IMG/VR virus record: IMGVR_UViG_3300031977_002889
Source of the DNA: a virus
DNA length: 64,000 nt
Direction: 5' to 3' (one strand)
The position numbers and the translations under genes are program-made. Shown here in pieces: positions 43,765-55,230 of this stretch (the stretch's first letter is position 1; each line of letters starts with the position of its first letter). Under the pieces are notes generated by a model. It worked only from the letters and a program-made list of their open reading frames with translations, did no database searches and was not told where the DNA came from.

Positions 43765-45426
43765 TTAATCTAATAGAACTATCGCTCTCAAATCTCTCAA
43801 GGTTGGGTAATATAACATATTACTTGTATTCATTGTAATTTTAAATTGGAACTGTTCAAACTCTTGAGTAAGACCATTATTTCCACCAATTGTATATTCA
43901 TAATCTCTATAAATTCCAGGATTTTCATCAGATGGAGGAGAATTGTCAGCAGCAATATAAACCCAAGATTTTTCTCTTATATTTTCATCTCTTGTGCCGA
44001 CTCTATAGTAAACATCAAAGTTAGCCACATTAGGTCTATTTGCTCCAATAAGAAGTTTAATGCCAACTGCTGGTTCTTCAACTGGGAATATAGAAGTAAT
44101 ATGTTTTGCTAAGATAGTACCACCTGAAGGACTTGTTTCAGCAACAGGATATGCTACCATATTTTGACCGTTTGTACTATTTACAGTTAAACTTGGATTG
44201 TCAATCGCTGGGTACATTAAAGCAACGTTTGCTCTTTGCAGATCAATAAATGGCATTACATCTCTTGCATCATCAGTACTTAAATATAATCCAATTTCAA
44301 ATGATTTATTATCATTAATAGATGCACCTGTAGTATGAGCAGCTTCAACCGAAGAGTTTCCGATTACTCGAGGAACATCTCTCCATCTATTTGTTTTATT
44401 TAATTTTATTTGAGCATAAGTAGCATCTCTATCATATGCACCCGATTCTGAGTTAAAAATATTTTTTTGAGCAGAAAATCCTTTGACACCAGCAAATACT
44501 TGTGTACCATTTACATTTGCAGTATCTAAGTTTGGAACAAAGTGCGTGTAAATATAGTTTTGTTCTACTTCTACACCATCGCCACCACCAGTTTCTCCAG
44601 TTAATGTAGTATTTGATGCACCTGTTCCAGCTACAATATAATAGCCTTTCCAATCTCGAGCAGCTACATTACCAGAACCTGATTTAATAGTTCTTACACC
44701 ATTAATATTATCTTTATGAATACCACCAATATAATTAGTGCCACCTAAACCAACAACACCAGAAATATTTACAGTATCACCTTCTAAAAACCCATGATTT
44801 GGATGTTTTACATAAAAGGTAGTTGTTCCATCGGTTTTAATAGGATTCGAAGCAAGTATTCTATTTGGTACCGCTTTATTTTGAAGTTTAATATTCACAA
44901 GTTCATTTGCGGTTATATTTGGATGATTAACCCATGTGGCTTTCTTTACTCTAAATTTGAGATCTTGCTCTTGAACTTCTGACCAAGTAACACCGTTTTG
45001 TGAATAAAATACAGAACCAGTTACTGGATTTTTATCTACAAGTTTTTCAGTAGATCCAAGAATGTGTTGATAGATTTCTGAATAGTGTATTTTATATTTA
45101 GACGTATTTGTTTCAACTGCAAAAGCATAAAATCTAAAAGCATCGAGATAAACTGGATGAGAAAATTTAAAATTGGTAGGAGTTTGTCCTGTAGAATCTA
45201 CATTAATATCTGACCAATTTTTTTCAGCTTTTGCTAAATATGTATATGGAGAAGGTCTTCCACTTTCCATAGGTCTTAGTGTAAGATAAACTGGTAAATC
45301 AGTAGTATCTGATTTTTCAGAGAAATAAATGTCGATACTTGTTACAAATATTCCTCTATCTCTATCGACATAAAAGGACTGAGCTACTCGGCTAGTATTT
45401 TGTGTGCTAATCGGTGTTTCTACCAT
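43765..45426 (-). CDS. Baseplate-associated protein (C-terminal part of the DUF4815/VrlC-like family)
   Basis: AQSFYV...GIFVTSIDIYF..K, GSVFYSQNG.TW...DLKF, FQFKI.M...P.L.DLRAI. Confidence 0.7.
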   Translation of the reverse strand: MVETPISTQNTSRVAQSFYVDRDRGIFVTSIDIYFSEKSDTTDLPVYLTLRPMESGRPSPYTYLAKAEKNWSDINVDSTGQTPTNFKFSHPVYLDAFRFYAFAVETNTSKYKIHYSEIYQHILGSTEKLVDKNPVTGSVFYSQNGVTWSEVQEQDLKFRVKKATWVNHPNITANELVNIKLQNKAVPNRILASNPIKTDGTTTFYVKHPNHGFLEGDTVNISGVVGLGGTNYIGGIHKDNINGVRTIKSGSGNVAARDWKGYYIVAGTGASNTTLTGETGGGDGVEVEQNYIYTHFVPNLDTANVNGTQVFAGVKGFSAQKNIFNSESGAYDRDATYAQIKLNKTNRWRDVPRVIGNSSVEAAHTTGASINDNKSFEIGLYLSTDDARDVMPFIDLQRANVALMYPAIDNPSLTVNSTNGQNMVAYPVAETSPSGGTILAKHITSIFPVEEPAVGIKLLIGANRPNVANFDVYYRVGTRDENIREKSWVYIAADNSPPSDENPGIYRDYEYTIGGNNGLTQEFEQFQFKITMNTSNMLYYPTLRDLRAIVLLD

Positions 45427-45438
45427 AATATTCTCCTA

Positions 45439-48400
45439 TTAAAATAACCAACCAAATAGAGTTTCAAAGAACCCTTTATTTTCTTTTTGCGTGCCGAATT
45501 GTGAAGATCCAGAAGATGGAGGTAACAATGAACCTGGATCATTAAATGCCGAACTAATAAAATCATCATTATCGCTTGGTGTATAGCAAACATTACTTGT
45601 AATTGGAACAGATTCATTTTTATCATTATTGTTATTAATAACTACTGGAGTTGGATCATTTCTACTTGTTGGAGCTGTAGTAGCTGTAGTATTAGTATTT
45701 GATGTATTAGCCCAGTTATTATCGTTCGATGAATTAGAACCACTACTACCAGAATTAATAATTAATGGAGCTGTATAAGTTTCATTATCACCTTCAATTT
45801 TAACATATCTTGTAGATGTATAATTTTTTTCAAATGTTTGTAATGTACCAGCTGCAGTATAATTTGTGATTGCTCGTGAAGTATAATTTTGATTACCAAC
45901 ACCAGTTACGTTCTTTAATTCAAACTTCAATGTTCCACAATGGAAGAAGAAAGATGGTGTAGAAGGAATAAAGAATGAACCTTCACATACACCATTTGCA
46001 TCAGTTGTTAATTGTGATTTACCATTTGGATGTTCAGTGGCTCCGATTTGAGATGTTCCATAATCAGGATCATTATTGAATTCTGTTTCCCAATCAATAG
46101 AACTAAAATCTTCTGCTCTCACCCAATTGTCTACTGACACGTTGTTGAAGAACGCATACATATTTGCATTTGGTTGAAGACCTGTAGCTCTAAATCGAAC
46201 AAGCTTAGATCTCATAGTTGGAATTGATTCTGATTTTACTAAGACATCTTTATCGAAAGTTTCTGTGACATATGTATCTTCAACAACATTCCAAGATGTC
46301 GTAGTAGTTCTACCAGATACTGTTTCAATTTTATTTGTAGTATCACCTACTTGAATCTCTTCAACAGATTTACCTTTCCAGTTCCATTCCCAATCATTCC
46401 ATTTAAATGAACCATCAGATAATATAGTTGAACCTAAATAATTCACTGTCTTACTGGCTGCATAAGCAGTTTCATACCATGTATCACTTGCAGGAGCTAA
46501 TTCCATAGTACCAGCAAAAGAGTTTACTTGGAATGGATTTAAGAGGAAGACACCAGAAGTATAATCATTTTCCATATATACTTCTTCTTCATATACTGGA
46601 ATAAGATAACCACCCTCTAATACACAGTTTAAGTTTCCAGAGTTATTATCATCAGAATCATATGATAAATCAAGAGTACGTTCTACTTTTCTTGGATATA
46701 CAATACCTGATTGTAAATCTATAGCTGCTCTATGATCTAAATTTCTAAAATCAGTATAAGCGTGTGATGTGAAATTATCAACAACAAATCCACCTCTTGT
46801 TCTATCTAATCCATTTGCATCATAAACTTGGAAATTATCAGCTTTTGCTTCAAGTAAAGTAAGAGTAGTAAGTTCTTCAAGGCGAGCTAAACGTTTTTCA
46901 AGCAAACCAATTTGACTCATTGTATAACGCTTATGATCAATTCTTTTTATTCTTAAATCTTTTTCATCAAGAGTATTCGAACCTAAATATATTTCAAATA
47001 AAGCCATTTCTCCCGCTGGAGTAGTTGGAGGAGTTGGTCTATAAGCAGATACACCTTTAATATAATTTAATTGACCATTTTTATCGATAGTAAGTTTATC
47101 TGCTCTTGGAACATAATATGATACATTTAAATCTACAACGCCTGTTGGTTTTGGTAATTCGTTAATAGATCCACCACCAGATGTACCAAATTCACCAGAA
47201 GCATCCATTGTTGGTCTAAAATCTAATGCATCAGTAAGACGAATTTGTGTACCATCTTGGTATGTATGAACAGGAATATCAGCATAATCTACTTGACCGT
47301 CATAAGAAGTTTTATCAAAGAAAGTGGATCCACCAGCGTGTTGGAAATGTCTGTATCTTACTCTTACACCAGATCCACCAGTTGCACCGCCTCCGAGACC
47401 AAATTGTCTCATATCATTTGGAGCTGAATCATCAAGATAGATGAGTTTACCATTTGCATAGAAGTTATCTCTGCGACCATCATCTAAAGAGAATTGATTG
47501 AAATAGCTTTGATTGCTATCATCAGGATCTTCGATATGAGTTACTTCAATAATATCAGCTTTAGCTAAATCAATATAGTTAAGACCAGTTACACCGTCAG
47601 ATTCAACATACAATACTTCATTTATTTCGGTAACAGTTTTACTTCTACCTGTAACATTTGGTTTACGAACATATGCAGTAATTCGAGTATCTTCACCAAT
47701 AGTTAAACCCGTCAATCTCGCAGTTTGATTTGAGTTAAGTAATGAAATACTAAATCCAGCATTTCCAGCCGAATCTCTATTACCATAACGGTCAGTTACT
47801 GTCCATACGTTTGTATCAACAAATGTTTCCGATCCTGTTGTAGTAATATCGTTATTACCTGCGATAGCATTAATTTCATACTGACGCTGAACAGTAAGAT
47901 CGGCATTTGTAATATCTGCTGCGCGAGGAATAGGCAACGGATAGATAAGATTATTACGAGATGTAGTACGAGTAAATGGACCATTATTTCTTGAATTATC
48001 ATTAATATTAAAGTACTCAGTACCACTAATTCCAATAGAACCAATATCATCAATGGCAGAACCATCATTAAGTTTTAAATCAAAAACATATAAATGGAAT
48101 GTACCATCACCTTGTCTTTCAATGTGACGTACATAACAAGTACCAATTTGCGCACCGCCAAAATCTGCATTTGGTTTTAAAATTTGTTGATCATATCCGG
48201 ATGCTGTCTGAAGCCTCGGAGCCTGAGCTGGCATAGAATCAGCTTCGAAATAATTACCATAAGGTGTAGCTACAAGTTGATCTTCAAATGTAACAGTATC
48301 AATGGCTTTCTTTACACGAATAGTTGGTTTTGATGTATAACGAGTACTTCTAAATCCTTGAACAACAGCAATACCATCTGAAATATTTGCTAAGAGATGA

Positions 48401-49347
48401 GTATTTTCAGAGTCAGCTGTATATTCTAAACCAAATGGTTTTACAAGATAATCACCTGAGTTTTCAAAAATTCTTTCTGCAACATGAGCAGCTGGAATAT
48501 TATAACTATTTACAATTTTAGCAGAAGATGTAATTACACCTTGATTTACGTATGCTCTAAAAATAAAGTCATCGCCCGCCGCTAAATCTGCTTTGTTTAC
48601 TAATTCTAAACGAATTCTATATCGATCTGCTCCAGGCGCTGTAATATTTGGTTCAGAACCTTGGTTATCGTATAAACCTGGATCATCATCTGAAGAAACT
48701 GTTTCTTCAATTCTTTTAAAACCAATTTCAGCAGTAGGTGTATTAGTATATTTTGAAAGGATAATTTCTTGATTATCTGTAAATACAAAAAATCCTTTTG
48801 AATAATAAATGGCTCCACCTGCAACGAAACGAGAACCACGACCAATTGCAGTTGATTGCGATTCTACTTGAATATTAGTCAATGACGTAGCCGTCATAAT
48901 TTCACCAGGTTCTGCACGAGGCGTGGTAGTTGTGTCAGTTTTCGTCCAGTTTTTCGTGTTAGTATATTTACCGTATAACGTAAGAGGATCAGAACCAGTT
49001 GCTTCTACAACTTTATCAACTGTAAATTGAATATTAGAAGTCTGACCAGTATATACAGCGCCAACTAAATCTTGTGGAGTTGGAATTGGAATTGCTGTAG
49101 TATTAAGTCGAATAAACTCATAACTATTATCGATTTGTGCAGTACCATCTTTAATAAGAGTATTATCTTCGTAAATATTATTACCCATTCTTTCAATTTG
49201 TTTTTGAAGAATAGTTTGAGATTGTGTTAACTCTCTTGCTTGGAGTTTTCTGCCGCTATTAAAAAGGATACGATAAAAGTTATCGCTATCAGCATAATCA
49301 TCCTTATAGGTTGTGCTAAAAGTATTTTTATTGACTATTTGTACCAT
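45439..49347 (-). CDS. DUF4815/VrlC-like large baseplate-associated protein
   Basis: YKDDY....FYRILF..GR.LQARELTQ.Q.ILQ.QI; APGADR; KRYTM..IG.LEKR; GFVVDNF. Confidence 0.8.
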   Translation of the reverse strand: MVQIVNKNTFSTTYKDDYADSDNFYRILFNSGRKLQARELTQSQTILQKQIERMGNNIYEDNTLIKDGTAQIDNSYEFIRLNTTAIPIPTPQDLVGAVYTGQTSNIQFTVDKVVEATGSDPLTLYGKYTNTKNWTKTDTTTTPRAEPGEIMTATSLTNIQVESQSTAIGRGSRFVAGGAIYYSKGFFVFTDNQEIILSKYTNTPTAEIGFKRIEETVSSDDDPGLYDNQGSEPNITAPGADRYRIRLELVNKADLAAGDDFIFRAYVNQGVITSSAKIVNSYNIPAAHVAERIFENSGDYLVKPFGLEYTADSENTHLLANISDGIAVVQGFRSTRYTSKPTIRVKKAIDTVTFEDQLVATPYGNYFEADSMPAQAPRLQTASGYDQQILKPNADFGGAQIGTCYVRHIERQGDGTFHLYVFDLKLNDGSAIDDIGSIGISGTEYFNINDNSRNNGPFTRTTSRNNLIYPLPIPRAADITNADLTVQRQYEINAIAGNNDITTTGSETFVDTNVWTVTDRYGNRDSAGNAGFSISLLNSNQTARLTGLTIGEDTRITAYVRKPNVTGRSKTVTEINEVLYVESDGVTGLNYIDLAKADIIEVTHIEDPDDSNQSYFNQFSLDDGRRDNFYANGKLIYLDDSAPNDMRQFGLGGGATGGSGVRVRYRHFQHAGGSTFFDKTSYDGQVDYADIPVHTYQDGTQIRLTDALDFRPTMDASGEFGTSGGGSINELPKPTGVVDLNVSYYVPRADKLTIDKNGQLNYIKGVSAYRPTPPTTPAGEMALFEIYLGSNTLDEKDLRIKRIDHKRYTMSQIGLLEKRLARLEELTTLTLLEAKADNFQVYDANGLDRTRGGFVVDNFTSHAYTDFRNLDHRAAIDLQSGIVYPRKVERTLDLSYDSDDNNSGNLNCVLEGGYLIPVYEEEVYMENDYTSGVFLLNPFQVNSFAGTMELAPASDTWYETAYAASKTVNYLGSTILSDGSFKWNDWEWNWKGKSVEEIQVGDTTNKIETVSGRTTTTSWNVVEDTYVTETFDKDVLVKSESIPTMRSKLVRFRATGLQPNANMYAFFNNVSVDNWVRAEDFSSIDWETEFNNDPDYGTSQIGATEHPNGKSQLTTDANGVCEGSFFIPSTPSFFFHCGTLKFELKNVTGVGNQNYTSRAITNYTAAGTLQTFEKNYTSTRYVKIEGDNETYTAPLIINSGSSGSNSSNDNNWANTSNTNTTATTAPTSRNDPTPVVINNNNDKNESVPITSNVCYTPSDNDDFISSAFNDPGSLLPPSSGSSQFGTQKENKGFFETLFGWLF

Positions 49348-49355
49348 GCTTTATC

Positions 49356-50804
49356 CTATAACGTAATAATAACTTTAACATCGTCTGTGTTACCAGTAGA
49401 TCTTTGAATTGCTGCTCTATTTTCTATGTAAACAACTTCACCAGTTCTATTATCTATATCGGCATTTGGATAATGACCTGTTGGAGCGAAGTTTGTAATA
49501 TCTGGATTTTCTATATTATCTGCTATATTAAATGCTCTAAATCCAGTAGCTTCTGTTTGATAATAATATGCTCTATCACCAACAACATCACCAATAATTG
49601 CAGAGAATCCACTTGCTTGTGTAACAACTGGATCTGTAAGAGTTGAAAGTTGAGTAATATCTGAAGTGAGACCAGTAAAATATGGCATAATTCGTGCAGT
49701 ATCTGATGTGACTAAAGTTCCAGTGTTGTTTCTTGGATCTTTTATAATACCAACTTGACGAAAATCTCTATTATTTACTGGGAAATCTGGTTCAGTATCC
49801 GCACCTTCTTCTTCACCTTCGATTTTTACGTCAAACATAAGAGAAGTTGCTCTTAAATCAAATACTGGATTTGCACCTACACCCGAATCATTACCATGAA
49901 GTACTGCTCTTGCTGTGGCATCTGTAGTAGCACCACCGCCTGAAATAACTACATTGGCATAATCATAATTTCTTCCAAATAATGCTAAACTATCTACTCC
50001 ACCTGGATTAATGATAGGAGCATCAGCCATTTCAATTTTAGATACAGCACCTCCGCTAACAAATGCTGTAGCAGCTGCAATAGGTGTATACGCATTTACT
50101 CCAGTACTATCGCCGTTACCATAAATTGTAACCGTAGGAGCTGAAGTATATCCTGCTCCACCTTCATTCGTAAGCTCAATTCCTAAAATTTGTTTTGGAA
50201 TCGCAGTATCACGAATACCAGCTTGAAGTTGTTGAAGTGCGTTAAGACCAGCGTCACCAGTTCTTACATATTCAACTGGCATAAAGTTTGCTGATAAGAA
50301 AGCAGAAGCTTTAGCACCACCAATAGTATAAAGATATTTCCAAATATAACCATCAGCCGTTTCGAAATGTTGAGTAGAAGTACCGGTTGGTTGCACAGTT
50401 GAAGGGTTAATTGCGCCTGTAGCATCACGTGATTGTTTTAAACAGATATAAACCTGTTGTTCATCAGTCATAACATAAAATGGATTTTGGTTTGCAGCAC
50501 CTACAGTTCCTGGAGTTTTATCTCTTGCATCGTCATATTGAGAATAATTAGTACCAGATGTCCAGTTAAAACGTGGAACAACAAAAGAAACATCAGTAAC
50601 TTTCTTTGCAGCCTGCGCGCTAAGTCTAAAGTTTCTTTCATCACGAATACTATTATCTGGTGTACCAGTAGGAACAGTATCATCAGCATTCCAATCTTCA
50701 CCACGACCAATAGCAACATAGTACGTTGCTAGTGAACCTTTAATATCATCATAAATTACTTGTAAAAAGTCTCTTTTAAGTTTATCAGTTACGACTGCAG
50801 GCAT
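49356..50804 (-). CDS. gp8: Baseplate wedge subunit gp8
   Basis: VVPR.NW.SG..Y, FYVMT....VYICL, DGYIWKYLY, FRQVGIIKDP, YIENR. Confidence 0.88.
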   Translation of the reverse strand: MPAVVTDKLKRDFLQVIYDDIKGSLATYYVAIGRGEDWNADDTVPTGTPDNSIRDERNFRLSAQAAKKVTDVSFVVPRFNWTSGTNYSQYDDARDKTPGTVGAANQNPFYVMTDEQQVYICLKQSRDATGAINPSTVQPTGTSTQHFETADGYIWKYLYTIGGAKASAFLSANFMPVEYVRTGDAGLNALQQLQAGIRDTAIPKQILGIELTNEGGAGYTSAPTVTIYGNGDSTGVNAYTPIAAATAFVSGGAVSKIEMADAPIINPGGVDSLALFGRNYDYANVVISGGGATTDATARAVLHGNDSGVGANPVFDLRATSLMFDVKIEGEEEGADTEPDFPVNNRDFRQVGIIKDPRNNTGTLVTSDTARIMPYFTGLTSDITQLSTLTDPVVTQASGFSAIIGDVVGDRAYYYQTEATGFRAFNIADNIENPDITNFAPTGHYPNADIDNRTGEVVYIENRAAIQRSTGNTDDVKVIITL

Positions 50805-50820
50805 TTTCTATTTCCTATTA

Positions 50821-51822
50821 TTATGGTGTAATTGTACAACCGTTATTACCAATTATATACCATTTACCATCTGCTCCTCCGCCGTCATTATCCCAAATAG
50901 CTTGGAATCCAGCATTTTGTGGCAATGATACACTTGATACTGCGGCACCAGTTGTGATAGTTAATGTTACGGTTGCTGCACCTTTATTAACAAAAATTCT
51001 CATTTCCCCTGTATGATGACCATCGGCCAATGTTTGGTTATTTGGTATACTTGCTTTTTCAAAAATGACAAAACCAGATTGGGCATCGATAGTTTGAGCA
51101 GAGACTGTAATCTCGCCATCGCTCTTTAACATCATCTTATCAATAGCAACACAACCATTACCTTGACCTTCAAGATCTAAGTTCGCGTTCGTATTTGAAC
51201 TATGAACATGAATTGCTGGATTATTTGCATTTGAAATTGCGATATAACTTGCTGTACCAGCCCTATCAAGTTCAAGAATTGGATTGCCAAGACTATCAGA
51301 AATTTCTTGTTGGATAATTGGTCGATACATTGTTTTATTTGATAGCGTTTGTGGTTGAGCATTAAATGTAAATGTATCACTATCAGATAAAAGAGGGAAT
51401 CTTACATTTATATTAGATCCGAGTGTTGGAATTTTAATGTCATAATAATTACCACCATCAAAATCAAACAATTGTAGATTCACAACTTCGGCGCTATCGA
51501 TATGTGCATGGTGTAAAGTTTTATCATCTAAGGTTTGTGCACCATTAGTGACAATCACATCACCACTAATATCAGGGAATTTAATAAGTCTATCAGCAGT
51601 TGGATCAGTTACTCGTATTTCAGTTTCGAATGCATCAGGTGTAGGTCCTTCAAAAGTAATTGAAGAATCGCCAATTGTAACGCCATTTGATAGAGCTGTA
51701 CCACTACCAAAAGTAGAATAAATCTCATCAAAGTTAGCATTGATCTTTTGACCAGCAGATCTCAGTGTATCGCCAGTTCCGTCGTTCGCTGTTGATCCTA
51801 AACTAATAGCTTGTTTTGACAT
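50821..51822 (-). CDS. gp9/gp10-like baseplate-fibre connector
   Basis: N-terminal KQ.I.LG..ANDGTGDTLR.AG.KIN.NF.EIY. Confidence 0.7.
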   Translation of the reverse strand: MSKQAISLGSTANDGTGDTLRSAGQKINANFDEIYSTFGSGTALSNGVTIGDSSITFEGPTPDAFETEIRVTDPTADRLIKFPDISGDVIVTNGAQTLDDKTLHHAHIDSAEVVNLQLFDFDGGNYYDIKIPTLGSNINVRFPLLSDSDTFTFNAQPQTLSNKTMYRPIIQQEISDSLGNPILELDRAGTASYIAISNANNPAIHVHSSNTNANLDLEGQGNGCVAIDKMMLKSDGEITVSAQTIDAQSGFVIFEKASIPNNQTLADGHHTGEMRIFVNKGAATVTLTITTGAAVSSVSLPQNAGFQAIWDNDGGGADGKWYIIGNNGCTITP

Positions 51823-51846
51823 ATTAAAACCTATAAAATTTAATTC

Positions 51847-51854
51847 TATTTATA
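51847..51854 (-). promoter_or_regulatory. T4-type late promoter TATAAATA
   Basis: Exact match, intergenic. Confidence 0.75.
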
Positions 51855-51878
51855 TCGATTTAATCGATTAATTTAACA

Positions 51879-52913
51879 TTATGCTGAAGAATCTCTATGA
51901 TGGAACCAAGGATCATATCTTGTAAACATATTATTATCCATTGTTTCAATTGTATTTGAGAAGTCCATGACTGGATCAGCAATAGAATCTTCATCAAATG
52001 TATGAGAATTGCTACCAGCAAAATCTCCTACTTCATAGAATCTACTTAATTCTTCTACTGTATAATTCTGATAATCTGCAATGGTATTATATAGCATATC
52101 AAGATGTGAATCTTCATAGTTAATATTACCATCGCGTTTCCAATCAGAAGTTTTAATTGTTCCACCGTTTTCACTAAAGTAGAATTCATTATTAGTATTT
52201 TGAGAAACAATCTCTGTGTATCTTGATTGATGAAAGATTGGTTCATACGCTTGACTTACATAAGAAACAATAGCAGAATCTTCGAGTGGGAAACTTACTC
52301 CAATTGGCATAGTCGCTTGAGAAGTAAATGACGTTTCACCTTCAAAATACCAACCTGCTGGATGCATAAACTTTTTATATAAAGTTTCATATTGGTTACG
52401 AGAAAGACCAAGTTTTAGAAGTAATGAATAGTTTTGATAAAGCTTATAATCTTGAATATAATGTTCATAGTCAGGACCAATTTCATCTTCACCAACTATA
52501 AAAATATCTTTCTTCGGATATATAACTTCGACTCCAGTTTGAAAGAACGTTTGAAAGAATTCTTCAATCCCTTTTGGTGTACCTTTTTCTCGATACAAAT
52601 AGGCAAGTCTTTGAAGAGCAAATCTTGAGTTTGTAAACTTTTCGTTATTTTCAAGACGACTTGCAAGTTCATAAGTAAGCTGTGCTAAGAATTCTTCTGG
52701 TATTTCTTCAGTATCTCTTAAAGATAATATTTCATGAATCTTATTATCGAATGCATGATCACCAGCATCTGAATCCATAAAATCGTAATATGCATCAAGA
52801 AAATTTAAAAGCTTCGGATAATTCTCACATATATGAGAAGGCAATACTTCTTTTACACGTGATTCGTGAAAAATATCCGGTCTTCTATTTTTCTGATCGT
52901 TACGATGTCCCAT
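51879..52913 (-). CDS. Short gp7-like baseplate wedge protein
   Basis: LP......YP.L..FL.AYY, LYREKGT..GI..FF, IQD..LYQ.YS, HPAG; follows gp6. Confidence 0.7.
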   Translation of the reverse strand: MGHRNDQKNRRPDIFHESRVKEVLPSHICENYPKLLNFLDAYYDFMDSDAGDHAFDNKIHEILSLRDTEEIPEEFLAQLTYELASRLENNEKFTNSRFALQRLAYLYREKGTPKGIEEFFQTFFQTGVEVIYPKKDIFIVGEDEIGPDYEHYIQDYKLYQNYSLLLKLGLSRNQYETLYKKFMHPAGWYFEGETSFTSQATMPIGVSFPLEDSAIVSYVSQAYEPIFHQSRYTEIVSQNTNNEFYFSENGGTIKTSDWKRDGNINYEDSHLDMLYNTIADYQNYTVEELSRFYEVGDFAGSNSHTFDEDSIADPVMDFSNTIETMDNNMFTRYDPWFHHRDSSA

Positions 52914-54754
52914 TATAGACTCACACTAGTTTCTTGATAATCGATAGTCGCTGTAGCAGTAGCTGCTGCTTCATCAAAAGTAAGAATATAATTTCTTAGA
53001 GGTTTTACAACTGATTGATTTGCAGGGACTACAGAAATTTTAAGATCTGATCCACCATCGATCGAAGAAGGAGTAAAGCCAACTATATTTACTTTACCAG
53101 TTCCTTCTTCATAGCTTCCAGCATTATCAATAATTATATCACCAGTAGTAGATACAATTTCTAATTTATTAGTATTAAGTTTATTTCGTAAAGTACATGT
53201 TATAGCACCAATACTAAATCTTCCAGAAGTTATTCTATATTCTTGATCATCTGGACCTGCAATGGCCATTGGAAAGTTTAACGTATAAGCAAGGGTTTTA
53301 TTTAAGATTGGAGTAATTCTTTGCTGAACTTTTACATTAATTGATGAGTTCAATATCGCAACATCAATATCATCGATTTCTGCCAAAAGATTAGATCTTC
53401 TAAATACAGAACCAAATTTCGATAAGTTTTCTTCAAAAAATTCTGACATCTTATCGACAACAGCATTTTGAGTTGCTCTTGGGGTTGCAGTAGTAAGATC
53501 TGGATCAAAGTTAAAGTTACATGAAAGTTCAAGGAATGTTTGTTCTACTTCAGCAAATCTTGTTTCAATTGACATAATTGCAAGATTGTCTGTTAATTGA
53601 CTTACGATAGCATCTTTCGTTGCCTGTTGTGATTCTATTGAAATACCAGTTTTAAATTTTAAACCAATATAAACAACACCATATACAGGAGGAACGTTAT
53701 CTGCACCACCCCATGAAATCACATCGTCAAGAACATTTCCGTATTTTGCTTTTACCTGTGCAAGATAATCTTCTGCAGTTACAAGTCTTTGTTGAGATGC
53801 AAATGCAACAGGTGCATTTAATCTAATAGAATCTATAGTTTCTTTTTCATCACCACCAGCAGATTCTGATATTGTAGTAATACCAAGAGTATAGTTACCA
53901 AAACCAGGAACTGAAACTGTAGATTCTGGTGTAAACAATGTGCCACCGTTTCCTTCAGGTCCTTTCGTTGAAAGGTACGTAATTACGATTTTATTGCCAG
54001 CTTCTGGACGTTTACCCGTTGCAAGTCCATCACCAAAAATAAGTTCGTAATACCCATTCGGAACTTCTTTAATTTGATACAAAGTAGAATCTGATGTAAT
54101 TCTTGGGGCATCTAAGATATCAGTATAAGTTATTGCATCAGCTTCAGGACTTGTTGCAGTTGGATATACTTTTACTTCAAGAGTATTTGTATCTACCGTA
54201 GTATCAGGAATAACAAATACTTGTTGTTCATCAACTTCACCAACATAGAAAGTTTTTGTTTTTTCTTTACCTTCGTATATCGGCAAGTTTAAACTACCAT
54301 CGGTAAGTTTAAATTGATATAACCCATTTGAATTTGGTGTAGCACTATATTTTTCAATTGTTCTAAACGTATAAGATGTACCTTCAATTTCTGTAGAAAA
54401 AGAAGTTCCTTTTGGCAATTGAACAAGCGCTGGTCTACTGACTTCTGGAATATTAATATAAAGATTTACAGTGGCTGAAGATGCTGAACGAGATCTTGGA
54501 GCATAACCAACAGCAGCAGCAAGTGAAACAACCGAAGATCTTAATTGCGCAGTATTTAAAAATGATTCGTTAATACCAAAGTTTGCAATCAACCCATTGA
54601 CATGTGTATTATATGCCAACACATCCATAATATTATTTAATGCAGCACCTTCAAAATTATAATCAGTAAATTCATCTTTATCTTGAATATAACTTTTTAA
54701 TGCATTTTTAATATTTTCAAAATCTAGTTGAGTTGTTTTAATAGTAGTTGTCAT
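52913..54754 (-). CDS. gp6: Baseplate wedge subunit gp6
   Basis: LDFENIK..LK, DYNFEG..L....DVLAYNTH, ESFL.TAQLRSSVVS, QQRLVTAEDY. Confidence 0.93.
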   Translation of the reverse strand: MTTTIKTTQLDFENIKNALKSYIQDKDEFTDYNFEGAALNNIMDVLAYNTHVNGLIANFGINESFLNTAQLRSSVVSLAAAVGYAPRSRSASSATVNLYINIPEVSRPALVQLPKGTSFSTEIEGTSYTFRTIEKYSATPNSNGLYQFKLTDGSLNLPIYEGKEKTKTFYVGEVDEQQVFVIPDTTVDTNTLEVKVYPTATSPEADAITYTDILDAPRITSDSTLYQIKEVPNGYYELIFGDGLATGKRPEAGNKIVITYLSTKGPEGNGGTLFTPESTVSVPGFGNYTLGITTISESAGGDEKETIDSIRLNAPVAFASQQRLVTAEDYLAQVKAKYGNVLDDVISWGGADNVPPVYGVVYIGLKFKTGISIESQQATKDAIVSQLTDNLAIMSIETRFAEVEQTFLELSCNFNFDPDLTTATPRATQNAVVDKMSEFFEENLSKFGSVFRRSNLLAEIDDIDVAILNSSINVKVQQRITPILNKTLAYTLNFPMAIAGPDDQEYRITSGRFSIGAITCTLRNKLNTNKLEIVSTTGDIIIDNAGSYEEGTGKVNIVGFTPSSIDGGSDLKISVVPANQSVVKPLRNYILTFDEAAATATATIDYQETSVSL

Positions 54755-55203
54755 CTCAGCCTCGTAATATCTATTTCTTCGTCAACTACAATATCTGTAT
54801 TGACAACTTTAAATGTTACCACACATTTTGCGCTATTTTGTTCGCCATTTACATCTATTGATACTGCTTGCACGTCAGCTCGTGGTTCATATTGTGCTAG
54901 TGTTTCTTTTATTTCATCTTCAATAATATCTTCGTCAAACTCTGCATCAAGTTCAAAAAGTAAATATCCTAAATCACTTCCAAATAAAGGCGCAAAAGGT
55001 TTTTCTCCTCGACCAGTGGTAAGGATATTTCTTACAGATTGTTTTACAGCAGCTGCGTCAGTAACTTTTAAAACGTCAGTACGTGTATCATTAGTAGATT
55101 CTCTATTGAGAAAACCTAGATTTACATCTTTATATTTTTCTTTTCTTGTTACACGTATCGACTGTGTTAAGTCGCCGTCTTCAACTGCATAAACTCGTGC
55201 CAT
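54751..55203 (-). CDS. gp25: Baseplate wedge subunit gp25
   Basis: AVKQSVRNIL.T..GEKPF.P.FGS.L...LFE; YEPR. Confidence 0.93.
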   Translation of the reverse strand: MARVYAVEDGDLTQSIRVTRKEKYKDVNLGFLNRESTNDTRTDVLKVTDAAAVKQSVRNILTTGRGEKPFAPLFGSDLGYLLFELDAEFDEDIIEDEIKETLAQYEPRADVQAVSIDVNGEQNSAKCVVTFKVVNTDIVVDEEIDITRLR

Positions 55204-55230
55204 TCAAGCCTCTGTGAAAGTTATTACTGC

